From: Neoconidiobolus thromboides FSU 785
Lineage: Eukaryota; Fungi; Entomophthoromycota
Assembly: GCA_025603075.1 (NCBI GenBank)
Contig: MU626292.1
Coordinates: 62,001 to 126,000, forward strand
Direction of reading: 5' to 3'
DNA: 64,000 nucleotides
Part shown: one piece after another, positions 37,335-49,464 of the stretch
Position numbering within the stretch: the stretch's first letter is position 1
Layout of the letters: each line of letters opens with the position of its first letter
Notes under the pieces: generated by a model
What the model saw: the letters and a program-made list of their open reading frames with translations, nothing else
What the model was told of the DNA's origin: nothing
Database searches by the model: none
Made by a program: the position numbers and the translations under genes

Positions 37335-37871
37335 ATGGAAAAAATGCTACAATTAAAAGAAACTATGCATAAAAATTATAATCGAATTGATGAAGATGAA
37401 GTAGAATTAACTTCTTTAATTGAAAAAGGAAGAGAATCAAGAACAGAAGATTATTTTGAGTCTGCAGGCCATAGTAGCAATCTACGTCTAGAAAGACGAG
37501 GTAGTCAATTATTATCCAATGGTTTATCCCTGACTAGCATTCTATATAGTGATCAGTTTCTGACTTTATATCCCACTAAAATTGAAGTCAAGCATTATTA
37601 TTTCCCATTAGGAAAATCTAAGTTCATTGATATAGTTGATATAGTATCCCTATCTACTCCAGAAGTGATGAATTTACCTTGGTGGGATTATATGAATTGG
37701 GGAAGAGGATACAATTCAATTTGGTGGGCTAAAGATAATGAACGTGGTTTAGAAAAAAAGTTTCAAGCGATTATTATTAAACAAAGAGGAGAGAATACAT
37801 TGAAAGCATTTTCAACTGAAAATAGAGTTAGAGTCATGGATATTTTAAAGGAAAGGTTGATGCTTTGTTAA
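37335..37871 (+). CDS. Intronless 178-aa protein, possible PH-like fold
   Basis: Clean ORF with YSDQFLTLYPTKIEVKHYYFPLGKSKFI and WWDYMNWGRGYNSIWWAKD..R motifs. Confidence 0.75.
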   Translation: MEKMLQLKETMHKNYNRIDEDEVELTSLIEKGRESRTEDYFESAGHSSNLRLERRGSQLLSNGLSLTSILYSDQFLTLYPTKIEVKHYYFPLGKSKFIDIVDIVSLSTPEVMNLPWWDYMNWGRGYNSIWWAKDNERGLEKKFQAIIIKQRGENTLKAFSTENRVRVMDILKERLMLC

Positions 37872-38535
37872 ATTTTAAAAAGTGGTGGAGAGGTACCAAC
37901 TAGGGGATAAGCTTGAAGTGGATGAACTGGTTTTATTTGGATTGTCTTATTTTATTATCCTAAATAAACTTTTTTTAAGTTATTATACTGTTAAGGAGGT
38001 TGAATGAATTGCTTAAAACTTGAATTGGAAGGTAAAATAAATTCAAGATAGATTCATTTTTAGAAATCTAGTTTAATGAAGGAGAGCTCAATCTCTACTA
38101 TTAATGTTTTTTGGTAAATACTTAATAATGCTTGAATAGATTACTGTATTTTAGTACAACAAAATGACAAGATAACGTGCATTTAGAATCTACACATTGC
38201 AAGTAAAGTAATTTAATATCAAACATACAATAATGTATATCAACTAAAAAGGAGTTAATATTAAGTTTAAAAAAAGGTCGTATAAGGCTAATAAAGTGAT
38301 TCATTTATTTGATAGATATTATATATTTAATATTGTATTAATGTAGTTTTAAATAAATCGTTTTAATAAATTTAAAAAATGAAATAGAGTTTATAACAAA
38401 TTTGTTTAAAAGAAAAACAGGTAGCAATAATCTTATAAACTATAAAAGAAACTTTATGCTTAATTAATATTTAGAAAATACTATAATAAATGATTGATAT
38501 TTATTACTATTACTTAATATAAGCTTGTATATTAA

Positions 38536-38698
38536 ATTATAGCTGTTGTAACTCTTGCGATTTTTTTAGCTGGGTTTTCTATAACATTTATAACCATTTT
38601 TTCTATGATTAGTTCTCACATTTTAACAAAATTTTGATATATCAGCTTTTTCTTAAATGAGTAGTTAATTAAGTAGAAAGAGTTACAACAGCTATAAT
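38536..38698. mobile_element. Single element with perfect 21-bp inverted termini (MITE-like, different family)
   Basis: ATTATAGCTGTTGTAACTCTT (38536-38556) is the exact reverse complement of 38678-38698; the ends are compatible with a TA duplication. Confidence 0.6.
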
Positions 38699-38859
38699 AA
38701 TAAAGAAGTCAAAGTAACAACTTTAGATCAATTTAACCAATAATATTAGTTTGCAATGAATTTCAATTAAAAAACATTATCATAAATCAAAAAATTAAAG
38801 TTTATTCACTTATATTTTAGAACAAAATGGCACTCAAGTTTGATCAATTGACTAATATT

Positions 38860-38958
38860 TGGGGATGTATTTTTTTGTTTAAGAATTTTACTACAACCTT
38901 TCCACTCAAATAGTGCTTAAAAATGGAAAAAATAATGAAACAAAAAAAAACAGCCCCA
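38860..38958 (-). mobile_element. MITE copy K
   Basis: Full length, flanks TT/TT. Confidence 0.9.
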
Positions 38959-38972
38959 TTTATTAAAAGATA

Positions 38973-39068
38973 TGGGGATGTTTTTTTTTGATTTCATTAT
39001 TTTTTCCATTTTTAAGCGCTATTTGAGTAGGAAATTTGTTAGTAAAATTCTTAAAAAATACATCCCCA
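38973..39068 (+). mobile_element. MITE copy L
   Basis: Perfect termini, flanks TA/TA, 14 bp from copy K. Confidence 0.9.
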
Positions 39069-39770
39069 TATGTCCAAATTACTACCTTTAAAGGATTTAT
39101 TTATATTTTTTATGTAAGTATTTATTTTGTATTAAAAATGGAATAATTTGGTATAATCTAATTTATTCAATATATAATCAAAATATAATTCTTAAATATC
39201 ATTATTATCAAAATAAACTAATCAAGGAGAACAAATTAATATTAAAACATATAAATATGTGTGATAATATAATAAAATATTTAAACCACTTTGAAGTGTT
39301 CAAGTCCAAAGCAATAATACTATAACTGAAAAGATGATTAAATGTTTAAATTTAGATATATTAAAGTTATTTATAACTTATAATTTATAATGTTAACATG
39401 TTTTTTTAATATGTCAAATATTATTAAAACTAAACAAGAATCTTAAACACTATGATAACTTAAATTAAATGAAAAATGTGGAATTAATAAATTATGATTA
39501 TATTTTTATAAACAAAAATTAAATTAGTATGAAATTAATTAAAAATAATAATATCACTGCTTTAAATACTTTCAGGCTAAGATTCCAACTTGATTGCAAT
39601 TTTTATAAGTCAACAACATTAAAAAAATATTTGACAAAGTGAAGCTAAATAAAATAAGTTTAAATGATAAAGCTTATAATTTATAGAATTGAGCTATGTT
39701 TTTATTATTAATCATACTTTTTATATTTATTATAATATGTTATTATAAACTATTAAAAAGTATTATATGG

Positions 39771-40230
39771 TGTAAAATCTGATACTCAGTGTTTGGAGTC
39801 AAGAACAGCTATTACCTGGTTGACTACACTATAGGTTGAAAGGTCTTAGTTTATGTGACTAAGATAGACTTGGATTATGAACAATAGCATGTTATAGGCT
39901 ACAGAATAAGACAAATATAATAGATAATATTAATTTAAGATCTACGTAAAATACTATTAAGAAAACTTAGTGACTTTATTAAATGTGCCAGATATCAGAG
40001 AATAACTCAGTTAAAAACCCTCTAGCTACTGTGTTTTAGAATCTCTTTTACACTCCGACAAATATAGATATCAAAACAAGAGGATAACATTCTTTGAGAC
40101 GAAGATAGAAATTCTCATAGCAAATCAAACTAAGAACGTGGGATTAATTTTCTCTAAAATCGGGAACACAACAGCTTAGGCGATTATTATGCTATAATTA
40201 ATTATGGGACTGACAAGGCGACATTTCACA
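39771..40230 (+). mobile_element. ~430-460-bp dispersed repeat, copy 2 (solo-LTR-like)
   Basis: Homologous to 27201-27630 over 39804-40230; candidate termini TGTAAAAT (39771) and ATTTCACA (40230) form a 7/8 inverted repeat with TG...CA ends; no clear TSD. Confidence 0.7.
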
Positions 40231-40236
40231 ATAATA

Positions 40237-40290
40237 TGGGAATGTATTTTTGCGTTTAAGAATTTTACTAGTAATTTTTCTACCTGATAT
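40237..40290 (-). mobile_element. MITE copy M (half element)
   Basis: TGGGAATGTATTTTTG.GTTTAAGAATTTTACTAG, then similarity is lost. Confidence 0.75.
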
Positions 40291-40538
40291 AAAAAACTTT
40301 ATTTGCAATTTATTAAAACATATCATATTGCTAAATTAAAACAAATTATAAAATATTTAGTTTTAAAAAAATCTTTTTATTATTATTTTATTACTTTAAT
40401 TTAAAGTGAACCATTATTAGATTATTAAATAGCTTTTATTTTTATTTGAATTAGCTATCGTTTATATATAGATATATGTTAAGTTTAACATACTAAAAAG
40501 CAGTTATTTGTTTTATTTGACAAAGTAAAAAATACAAA

Positions 40539-40635
40539 TGGGGATGTATTTTTTTGTTTAAGAACTTTACTAACAACCTTTCCGCTCAAATAGCACTTAA
40601 AAAATGGAGAAAGTAAACTAAAAAAAACATCCCCA
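40539..40635 (-). mobile_element. MITE copy N
   Basis: Perfect termini, flanks AA/AA. Confidence 0.9.
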
Positions 40636-41437
40636 AATATTAGAAATAACAAGCTACAAAGATTAAGTCATTTAAAAAACCTTTAAGACTAAAAAAACAT
40701 AGCTTGAGCTTTTATTTTTGAGAATTAAAAAAATTATTAATGCTTGGCTATAAGTATAGAAAAGTTTCAAAATTACATAGTAAATAATTTAATTATTTTA
40801 AAGTATTTATACATAATTAAAAAAAGAATACAATTTAAAAAAATATGGAACTTTTAAATCCAGATATAATAAAAATAATTATAATACATAATTCAAAACA
40901 GTTAAATAAATTCATAAATAAATTAATTTTGACTTTACTAATAATGTTAGTTATTTTAATTAGATATTAATAAGTCGATTTAAATGCAACAAATAGTAAC
41001 CAACCACTTTTTGTATTTAATGTTAAATAATTGTTTGCTAAAATACTTGAATAAATTAATCTTTTATAGTTTGTTTTAATAGCTCTAATATCGTAAACTA
41101 CAACAAACTCTATATATTTTAAGATTAAGTTTAGACTATAGTAAAATTACAAATAATAGACAAAAAAAATAAAAAATGAGAGATAAAAAGCCAACATGTC
41201 TAATAAATGATTGAAAGAGTTATAGAGCAAAACTAATAAGTTATTGCTGTTAGCTGACTAAAACTATAGATAGCTTGAGTTTTTATATTCTGATAATAAT
41301 TAAGACATAAATATTGTTGGCTGCAAAAACTAAAGGGTTGGGATTCAAAAGTGCAAAGTTACTTCAAATAAAATTTGAAATCTGGAATCTAAAAAAGTAA
41401 AGTTAAAAAACCAAATAATCATTTTTTTATTTGAAAG

Positions 41438-44369
41438 ATGTCAGACTGTAGCGAAGTAAATAGAATAATAAAATGAGGTCCAAATGGATAACTAACAATA
41501 AAAATAGTTTGATGAAATACCTGAGATTGATGATGATGTAATTCGTTTTCAAGAAATAGTAATTTTTATTAATTTAATTAGGACTTGAAATTTCGACTTA
41601 TTTCTAAAGATATTGGGAGTGAGTTGATATCCAAAAGCCCAAATTTAATTCCATATAGTCAGTTATTATGCGTTTCTAATAAAAAAGGATATTATGTCTT
41701 TGGAATTAGAAAAAGTATTTTCGATAGTAAAATATTATTTTTGCAAATTAACTACTTTCTATTTAGATCTATATATAGCGGATTGTTATACCATACAATA
41801 TGGAATAAGGAATCAAATGAAACTAAACAAGTTATTTAAGAAGATAAAGTTAGAGGGAATTAGTAAAATTGTAAGTGTTGCTTTAGGCTCTTTGGATACT
41901 CAGGTTATTGTTGGAACTGAAGATAATCAAATATTGTTTTTTGATGCTAAGCAATTATTAAATGAAGTAAGTTTGTCATTATTGAACTATTAATCATCGT
42001 TTAGTTTCTTTTAGGATAACAATAAGCCAATTGATAGTATTAAGTTAAATAATTCGAGCTTTATTCAATTAGTATTAAATAATCCAAAACAGTCTGAATA
42101 TAACTTGGTCCTGTTGAAAAATAGGCAAATATTGTTATTCAATCAAAATGAAGAAATATGGAAGAAAGATGAGGTGTTTGCTGTAAATTGGACATATGAT
42201 GGTACTCAGATTAGTATTGGAAATCAAGATTGTAGTTTAGCCATTTATGATTTGAAAGGGAATCAATTAAAGACGATTAAACCACCTAATGTTATTGAAA
42301 GTGATTGGAAAGGTAAAGAGAATGATATTTTTATAAGATGAATCTTTACTGACTCATTTATTAGTAAATAAAATAGAATGGCTAAATAAAGCGTTAGTAC
42401 TTGCTATTTATTATAATAAAATATACGAAGGTGATCAGCTAACGGATATTCAACAAAGTATTAGTATTATCAATATCCAAGATCAGGATAATCCTGTATA
42501 TACTAATTTTGAAAATTTATTCTTTACAACGATTAATGAGGAGGAAAAAGAGTATGAAGTTAAATTTGAAGTACAAAAGATTCAACACTATAATGAAAAG
42601 TATGGAATGATATTAGTATTAGGATTTAATTATTATACCGATATCAAATTAATAGGATGTCAAAATGAAGATAGTAAATTTTATTCATTAGAATTAGACG
42701 AAAATAATTGCATCAATCTTCCAATGATGAAAGGTGAAGAACTAAAATTAGTTCAATTACAAATTGACTTTAATAATCATTATAAAATACCAAATTTATC
42801 TAATGATTTGGATGATACTAATGGTATGCCTATTGTTCTTGTATTGAATTCTTCAGGTCGCTTACAGAGTTATGATATGCTATCCAGTGAGTTTTGCTCT
42901 AACCCAGAATTGAAATCAAAACTTATGCAACATTATAATGATAAAAGGAACCAACTTTTATTTGATTATGAAAAGTTTGAAAAGAAAATTATTTCAATTG
43001 AAAGTATGAATACCCATAGTGATGATGATGACAATGAAAGTGAGGAAGAAGAACAAGAAGTAATTGAAGAAAAAGTTAAAGAGGTAGGAGAAGAGACAAT
43101 TGAAGAAGCAATTAAAGAGGTAAGCGATGAAGATCATGAAGAAGAAGAAATAGGAAGCGAAATACAAAGAATGAAAATAGATGATTATTTTAAGAAAGAG
43201 ATTAAAAAAGGAATCAAAGCAGTTCAACCTAATTTAGTTAAAAAAGAAGAAGGAGCATTTGTATTAGAAGAGGAAGTAAAAGATGATATAAACGACATTG
43301 AAGATTATCTTAAATCCAAAGGATTGGACTTATTTAATGGTAAATTAATATTTTATTATTTATTATTTACTTAATATAATTTAGATTTTGATTCGGAGTT
43401 CAATAAGAAGTTTACATCTCCAGAGTTAGAAGATTCGAATGTAGTTATTTCATTCATTATTTTTAAATTTTTTAAATTTTATTTTATTTAGAAATTTAAA
43501 GAATACAGGGATTTTTTTATAAGGTTACAATTAGTAAGTATTAGTTTATCATTATATGGCCATCAATTAATAAAGATTTTATAGATTAAACATAGTTTTG
43601 GACAGCATAAGCATGACTGGCAAAAGTACTACCAGTTAAATAGTAGAATTGATTATTTAGTTCATAAAATTGAAAAAATAGAGATTGAAACGGAACAAAA
43701 TTATAGAGATAGTTTTGATTTAATTGAGTATATACTCCATGTAAAAAATGACATTATAAAAAGTAACTTTATTATTATTATATTGTACTACGTTAATTAA
43801 GTTTAATTTTAGTTAATAAGCAACTAACTTCAATTCAAACATTAATCTCTTCTTTAAATTCAAATAACACTACAACTTACTCTCACTCCTCCCCTGAATA
43901 TCAATTTATTGTCACTTCTGGCTGTTTGGTAAGTTATTATACTATATTATATTATAATAATTCATTAATAAGTTAATAGAAATTAAATAAAGAAATAGCA
44001 GAAGTACATCGTTCTATCACTAACTATTACACCAGCATAGAAAATAACAAGTTTAATAAAACAATTGAAAGAAGAGAACATACACACTCAGTTAAAGAAA
44101 TATTATGGAATATATTAAAGGATGTTAGTGAACTTCAATATATGATGGATTTAATTAAAGACAACAATGATAAGTTGGATTTTCACCATATGGATAGCCC
44201 CTCTATTAGATCTTTTTTAAATGCTTTTATAGAGTTTAATTTTAATTCTATCGATTTGGCTAAGGTTACAGAGTTTGAAAATAAAAAAGAATGGGCTGGA
44301 AAGTTTAAGGATAAAGTCGAAAAGTTAAATAAGGATTCGGAGCTTCCAATTTGGGAGATTAATAATTAG
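41438..44369 (+). CDS. NUP159: Nup159/Nup214-like nucleoporin (N-terminal beta-propeller, acidic linker, coiled coil), multi-exon
   Basis: SQLLCVSNKKGYYVFG resembles Nup214 SLLAVSNKYGLVFAG; AVNWTYDGTQISIG; PIVLVLNSSGRLQSY at the propeller end. Confidence 0.6.
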
Positions 44370-44568
44370 AAGGTTGCACAGATTTTCATCCTTTTTTACT
44401 CCTTCTTATACACTAATAAAAATAAATTTAAACTGTTGTTTGTCTCTTCTATTGTGCTATAATAAGAACTAAGATTATTCAAAAATGCTATAAATTTTCG
44501 TTCAAATAACAGTAATGAAAATTAAAAAGGCTAAATTTAATAATACAATTTAGATTTTATTTTTTTGC

Positions 44569-45294
44569 TTAAAACTCGGCTTGAAAATCTTTAGAAATTT
44601 CAATGATTGAACGATGCTGATGGTTATTCCCGCTACGCTTTGAAGGTAAAGTAGAATATTTACTATTCGAATCTCGGTAATGACGTGGAAAAATACCACT
44701 ACGTAAGCTACCAAGCTCTTTAGCTAATTGTCGGGAAGACCAACCTTCAAACCCAATGGTAGGGTCTGGGGTATAACTGTAAGCTCTAAAGATATTATGC
44801 TGATTTGAGTTGTTACTATTTGATGAGTGATGGTTTTGATTATATTTCTTTTTTACACTGTCTGGTCTTGTGATGGATAATAACTCTGAAAGTACTAAGT
44901 TTTCTTCGTTATTAAATTCATAATTGATCAAGTTGCTTTCCGATGCTCCTTCTTTTTCCTTGTCTTCTTCTATAGGCTCTTCATTATAACTATCATGATA
45001 ACTCATCATATTTTCACTATTTGTTTCAAAGATAATTGGTGGTGAAAACAACTTCCTTGGCGAGGGTGCTATAATATCATTGTCTTCGTTATTACTATTT
45101 AATTCAACACTATTCTTTTCCGAATATTGAAGGGAACGCTGTAATGCAAATGAACGAAGTAACGAAAGATCATTAGAATAATCTTTTGAACCGATATTGG
45201 AAGTAGAAGCAGGGCGAAGTGGGAGGGTGAAAGAGGGTAATTCATTGTCCAATTGAGAGCTAGTTGAAAAGGCTGGGTGAAGTAAAGTGGACAT
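44569..45294 (-). CDS. Intronless 241-aa Ser/Asn-rich hypothetical protein
   Basis: Long ATG ORF with raised GC and A-rich start context; predicted largely disordered. Confidence 0.6.
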   Translation of the reverse strand: MSTLLHPAFSTSSQLDNELPSFTLPLRPASTSNIGSKDYSNDLSLLRSFALQRSLQYSEKNSVELNSNNEDNDIIAPSPRKLFSPPIIFETNSENMMSYHDSYNEEPIEEDKEKEGASESNLINYEFNNEENLVLSELLSITRPDSVKKKYNQNHHSSNSNNSNQHNIFRAYSYTPDPTIGFEGWSSRQLAKELGSLRSGIFPRHYRDSNSKYSTLPSKRSGNNHQHRSIIEISKDFQAEF

Positions 45295-47258
45295 TTTGTT
45301 TTAAGTTTAGATTGAAGCAGTTAATATTAGGTAAATACTGGTTAAAGTTGATTTTTAGAATTACAATTAATATTGTTTATACAAAAAATTGAGCGGATTT
45401 ATACAGTTGATGAAATGAGATGATATTTTCCTTAACCTGAGGTTGAATGTGATGAGTCTATTTTTAAACAAGGATTTTTTAATAGTTAGACACTAAGAGT
45501 ACAGTATGATGGCAAAATACAGATGGTATAAATTTTGATAAAAAGTGTTGGTGTTTTTAAACTTTTGAAAGGGAAGTAAGAGAACTAAAAGAAGGGTCTA
45601 TTAAAATTAAAAAAAGATTAAGTAATATAAAAGGAGAATCAAAAATTAGGGATTAAAAACTAAGAGGTACAGGGGCTGTGGTTCTCTTTAAGAACTTATT
45701 GGTTATTTAAAAAAATAAAACTAACTTTCCGTTAAATAAAAGTTAAAAATAACAAAAGTTAAAAATAGAACGTGGACGTTGAAATACTTTTGTTGAAAAA
45801 TAGAAATGGCTTCAAGGAGAAATATTGAATTTAAACTTGATAAACTTTTAAGCTAAATGGGATAAAATCAAATCCGTTAAAAAAATAAAGTTCACTTTTT
45901 TAAAAAAAATAGCTGATTTAATAAGTAAAAGATGTTGCTTTTATACTTGAATCTTACATTACGCCTTAATATACCTAGTTTGCCCTTTTAACCAATCATT
46001 ACCTCTTTTATGAAACTTCCTGAAAATGTTGTGTTTAGATCAACCAATGATCTTCAATTTATTTTTCTATTAAATGCTTGTTTCACAAATTAATTTACTT
46101 TTGAAATAATATGATATTTTGACATTTAAGTTCAACTAATATTATAAAATATATAATAATACCAATATTGATATGTCTAAAACATATAGCTTATAAGCAA
46201 TTTATTAGTAGCTTGTATGCTATCATCATAACATTATTTCATTTTTGCTTAGTAGTAATTGATTAAGTTTAACCAGTTTTATTGCTAACATGCTTAAAAT
46301 GATTAAATTTATAATTTGTCCTAACCTATCAAAAATGAACATTAAGAATAAATTTAAAACTCATAAAATACTGGTTATTTTTAGATTTTTACCACTAAAG
46401 ATAAAAAATTTGGACAGTAAGCCCGGTTAAAATAATAAGATATAATAATTAAAATAATTATTTGTAATAGTACGATGTTATTTTGTTATGTTAATAGTTA
46501 TCTCATAATATGTAATTTTTAAACTACTATAAAAACTTAGTAAAAAATTGAGTAAATGCCTAGTAAAACAAAACTATTTAAAGCAAATATTACTAACCAC
46601 GTTTTATTTATGTAGTTATTTATAACTTATACCACTTGGATACTTTCTATTTATTATATAGGTTAATTTTTCTATACCCTTTTATGATATTTTACTTTTA
46701 TAATTAATTTCATTTTAAAAAACTAGAAATTATTAAATTTTTCTGATTATCAATCGAGTCTTAATTTATAAAAAAACTAGTTTTACCTTTGATGTTATCA
46801 AACCCCTAGCAAATAAACCCTATTTTAAATGGCAGTCTATATCAGTTTATGTTACTATTTTTAATAAAATCAAATTAAATCTATGAATAGGAATACATAA
46901 TCAAATCCAGTGATAAGATTCAATTTATCTATACCTTGAATAGAAAATTGCCAAGATTAACGTCATCTGAGCTATAAGCAGGTTGAGTTCTAACTCTAAA
47001 GAAGTTCATGTTCCTCCTAAATGACCTTTGAGGCTATATAAATCGTTATCTCTCTTTAACTTAATAGAATATTCGCCCTTCTGGGTCTAAGATTTTCAAA
47101 AGAGTAATTAAATTTATGTACATTATTAACTATAACAATAAAAATTATTAAATAAAACACTTAAAGCACAGAAAAAATCCGTAATTAAAAACAATTATTT
47201 AATTTAATTTTTTAATTTTATATTCTCGTTTATACTTTAAAACTACCATCCCCTAAAC

Positions 47259-48827
47259 TTAGAAACGATTTTGACTCATATTACCACGTAAACGAGTGTA
47301 ATCAGTCAAACATTCAACTGGACCATGACCAACAACGGCAACTTCACGATCCCAGAGATATTCACTAGCAACTCTGCGAACATCATCAGCAGTAAGTTTA
47401 TCGATCTTAGAAGCAACTTCGCTTGGTTCGATACGAGATCCAGTAGTGATGATTTGACGAGCCATATCCTCGAAGGCTGGAGTGGTTCCATCTAATGAGA
47501 ATAAAAGGCCGGCTTTAAGTTGTTGTTTAGCACGGGCTACTTCACCATCAGTGACAGTGGTAGTTAAACGATTCCATTCATTGAGGGTGAAATGGACCAA
47601 ATCATCAAGTTGTTTCTTGTTCTCTGAAATAAGATAGATGCCCCAAAGACCAGTATCTGAGTAAGAAGTATTGAAAGACATAAATGAGTTAGCAAGCTTA
47701 TTCTTGGATACAATTTGGGAAAGGCGAGATGACAAAAAGTTAGATGATCCTAAACTACGATCCCAGTTTCCAATGAGAGAGCTCATTAAAAGCATGGTGA
47801 AATAATCTGGGGATCCCCAGCTTACACCTTCAACAGCAAGAGCAATGTGTGCAGCTTGTTGATCATCATGACGGATACGGACTTCAGATCCTGAGAAATG
47901 AGGTTTAGTTTTGATAGCTGAGAGACCGGCTGGAGAATTAGCAGCTGGCATATTTGAGAAATGTTTGCTAGCAAGTTCAACTAATTCTTCATGAGCTACT
48001 GAGCCAGCACCAGCAAGGATGACACGTTCTGGCGAATAATTTTCACCAATATAAGCTTTGAGGTCTTGAGCTGAAATAGAGTTAATATTTTCCTTTGGTC
48101 CAAGAATGGTACGTCCAAGAGAGTGGCCTTGGAAAGCAGTTGCGTGAAGGTGATCAAATACAACTTCTTCAATATTTTTTTCAACTTCGATTTGTTCAGT
48201 GAGGATAACATCACGTTCTCTTTCAATAGCCTTTGGATCAAAAGTTGATTTTTGTAAAATGTCACTAAGAATATCTACTGAGTTAGAAACATCCTTTTTG
48301 TGGCACTTAGCATAATATACAGTTTGTTCGCGGGAAGTGTAAGCATTTAAGTGACCACCCATATTTTCAATAGCTAATTCGATATCTAATTGACTACGAG
48401 TTTTGGTACCCTACGGTACATTTTCTTTAAAAAAGATTAAAAAATAAATGAAAATGAATTACTTTAAATGCCATATGTTCGAGGAAGTGAGCTGTACCAT
48501 TATTTTTTTCATTTTCAGCACGGCTACCAGCATCAATCATGACACCAACAGTAGCAGTTTGAGAGTTTGGATGAGTTTCAGTGGCAACTGTAAGTCCATT
48601 AGGAAGAACAGTGACTTTAGTTCCTGGAGCTGAAGAAGCTGAACTGTGGGATGCAAGTCCAGCACGTACTAATTTTGCCGGAATTAAAGCCTTTATAATT
48701 TTGTTAATATTGGATACATTAAAATTGAATCATTATAATTCATAAATCATAATAAAAGATTGAAACAAAGAGTACCTTATTAAGCGTTGATTTAAGGGCT
48801 GAGTTTGAAACTAAACGGAAAGCCATA
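47259..48827 (-). CDS. MAS1: Mitochondrial processing peptidase beta subunit (M16; may double as bc1 core I)
   Basis: Presequence, [26 protein letters not shown] (HXXEH), [26 protein letters not shown]. Confidence 0.96.
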
Positions 48828-49003
48828 GTAATAAAAATCTATTGTTTATAATTTGGGTTTAGTGATATTGAATTTTAAGTTAGGTTAAAAAATTACTGAA
48901 TCTAAAAGGAAAACCTAAAGAAATGATTAAATCTTGATCAAGATATAGATTAGACAAACTGTAAAATCTTCGATATTTGTAAAATCCCATAATTACTGCT
49001 TAT

Positions 49004-49015
49004 GATTGGCCAATC
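49004..49015. promoter_or_regulatory. Palindromic double CCAAT box GATTGGCCAATC upstream of MAS1
   Basis: Perfect 12-bp palindrome ~180 bp upstream of the ATG; another CCAATCA at 49073-49079. Confidence 0.5.
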
Positions 49016-49464
49016 CTATCTCCTAGCTCATTTCTACTTTGCTTAAAATTTATGATTATCTTTCGAGTTCATCCAATCAAAATTCAAGATGCTATTTAAT
49101 CAAAACCAAAATCATATTGATACAAAATCATAGTGCTTTAAAGCGAATAGTTTAATAATATACTTTAAATGTAGTATAAAATAAAAACAAGGGTATAATA
49201 ATATTTGAATTATTTATATTACATGAATTAAAGCTATATTTTATAAGATTTACAGAAACTTTAGAATAAAACATAAAACCAATTAGATATGATGCAAAAT
49301 ATTTAATAGTTATTTAATTTCTAAGGAGAAGTAGGTTATTTTTATTCCTTAATTAGCTATCATGATAAGTTAAAACAAATTTAATAACATTTTAATATTA
49401 GCAATTTAGAAGTCTATTACTAAAACTGACTGAATCTACATCGTATAAATACATCCCAGTTAGT

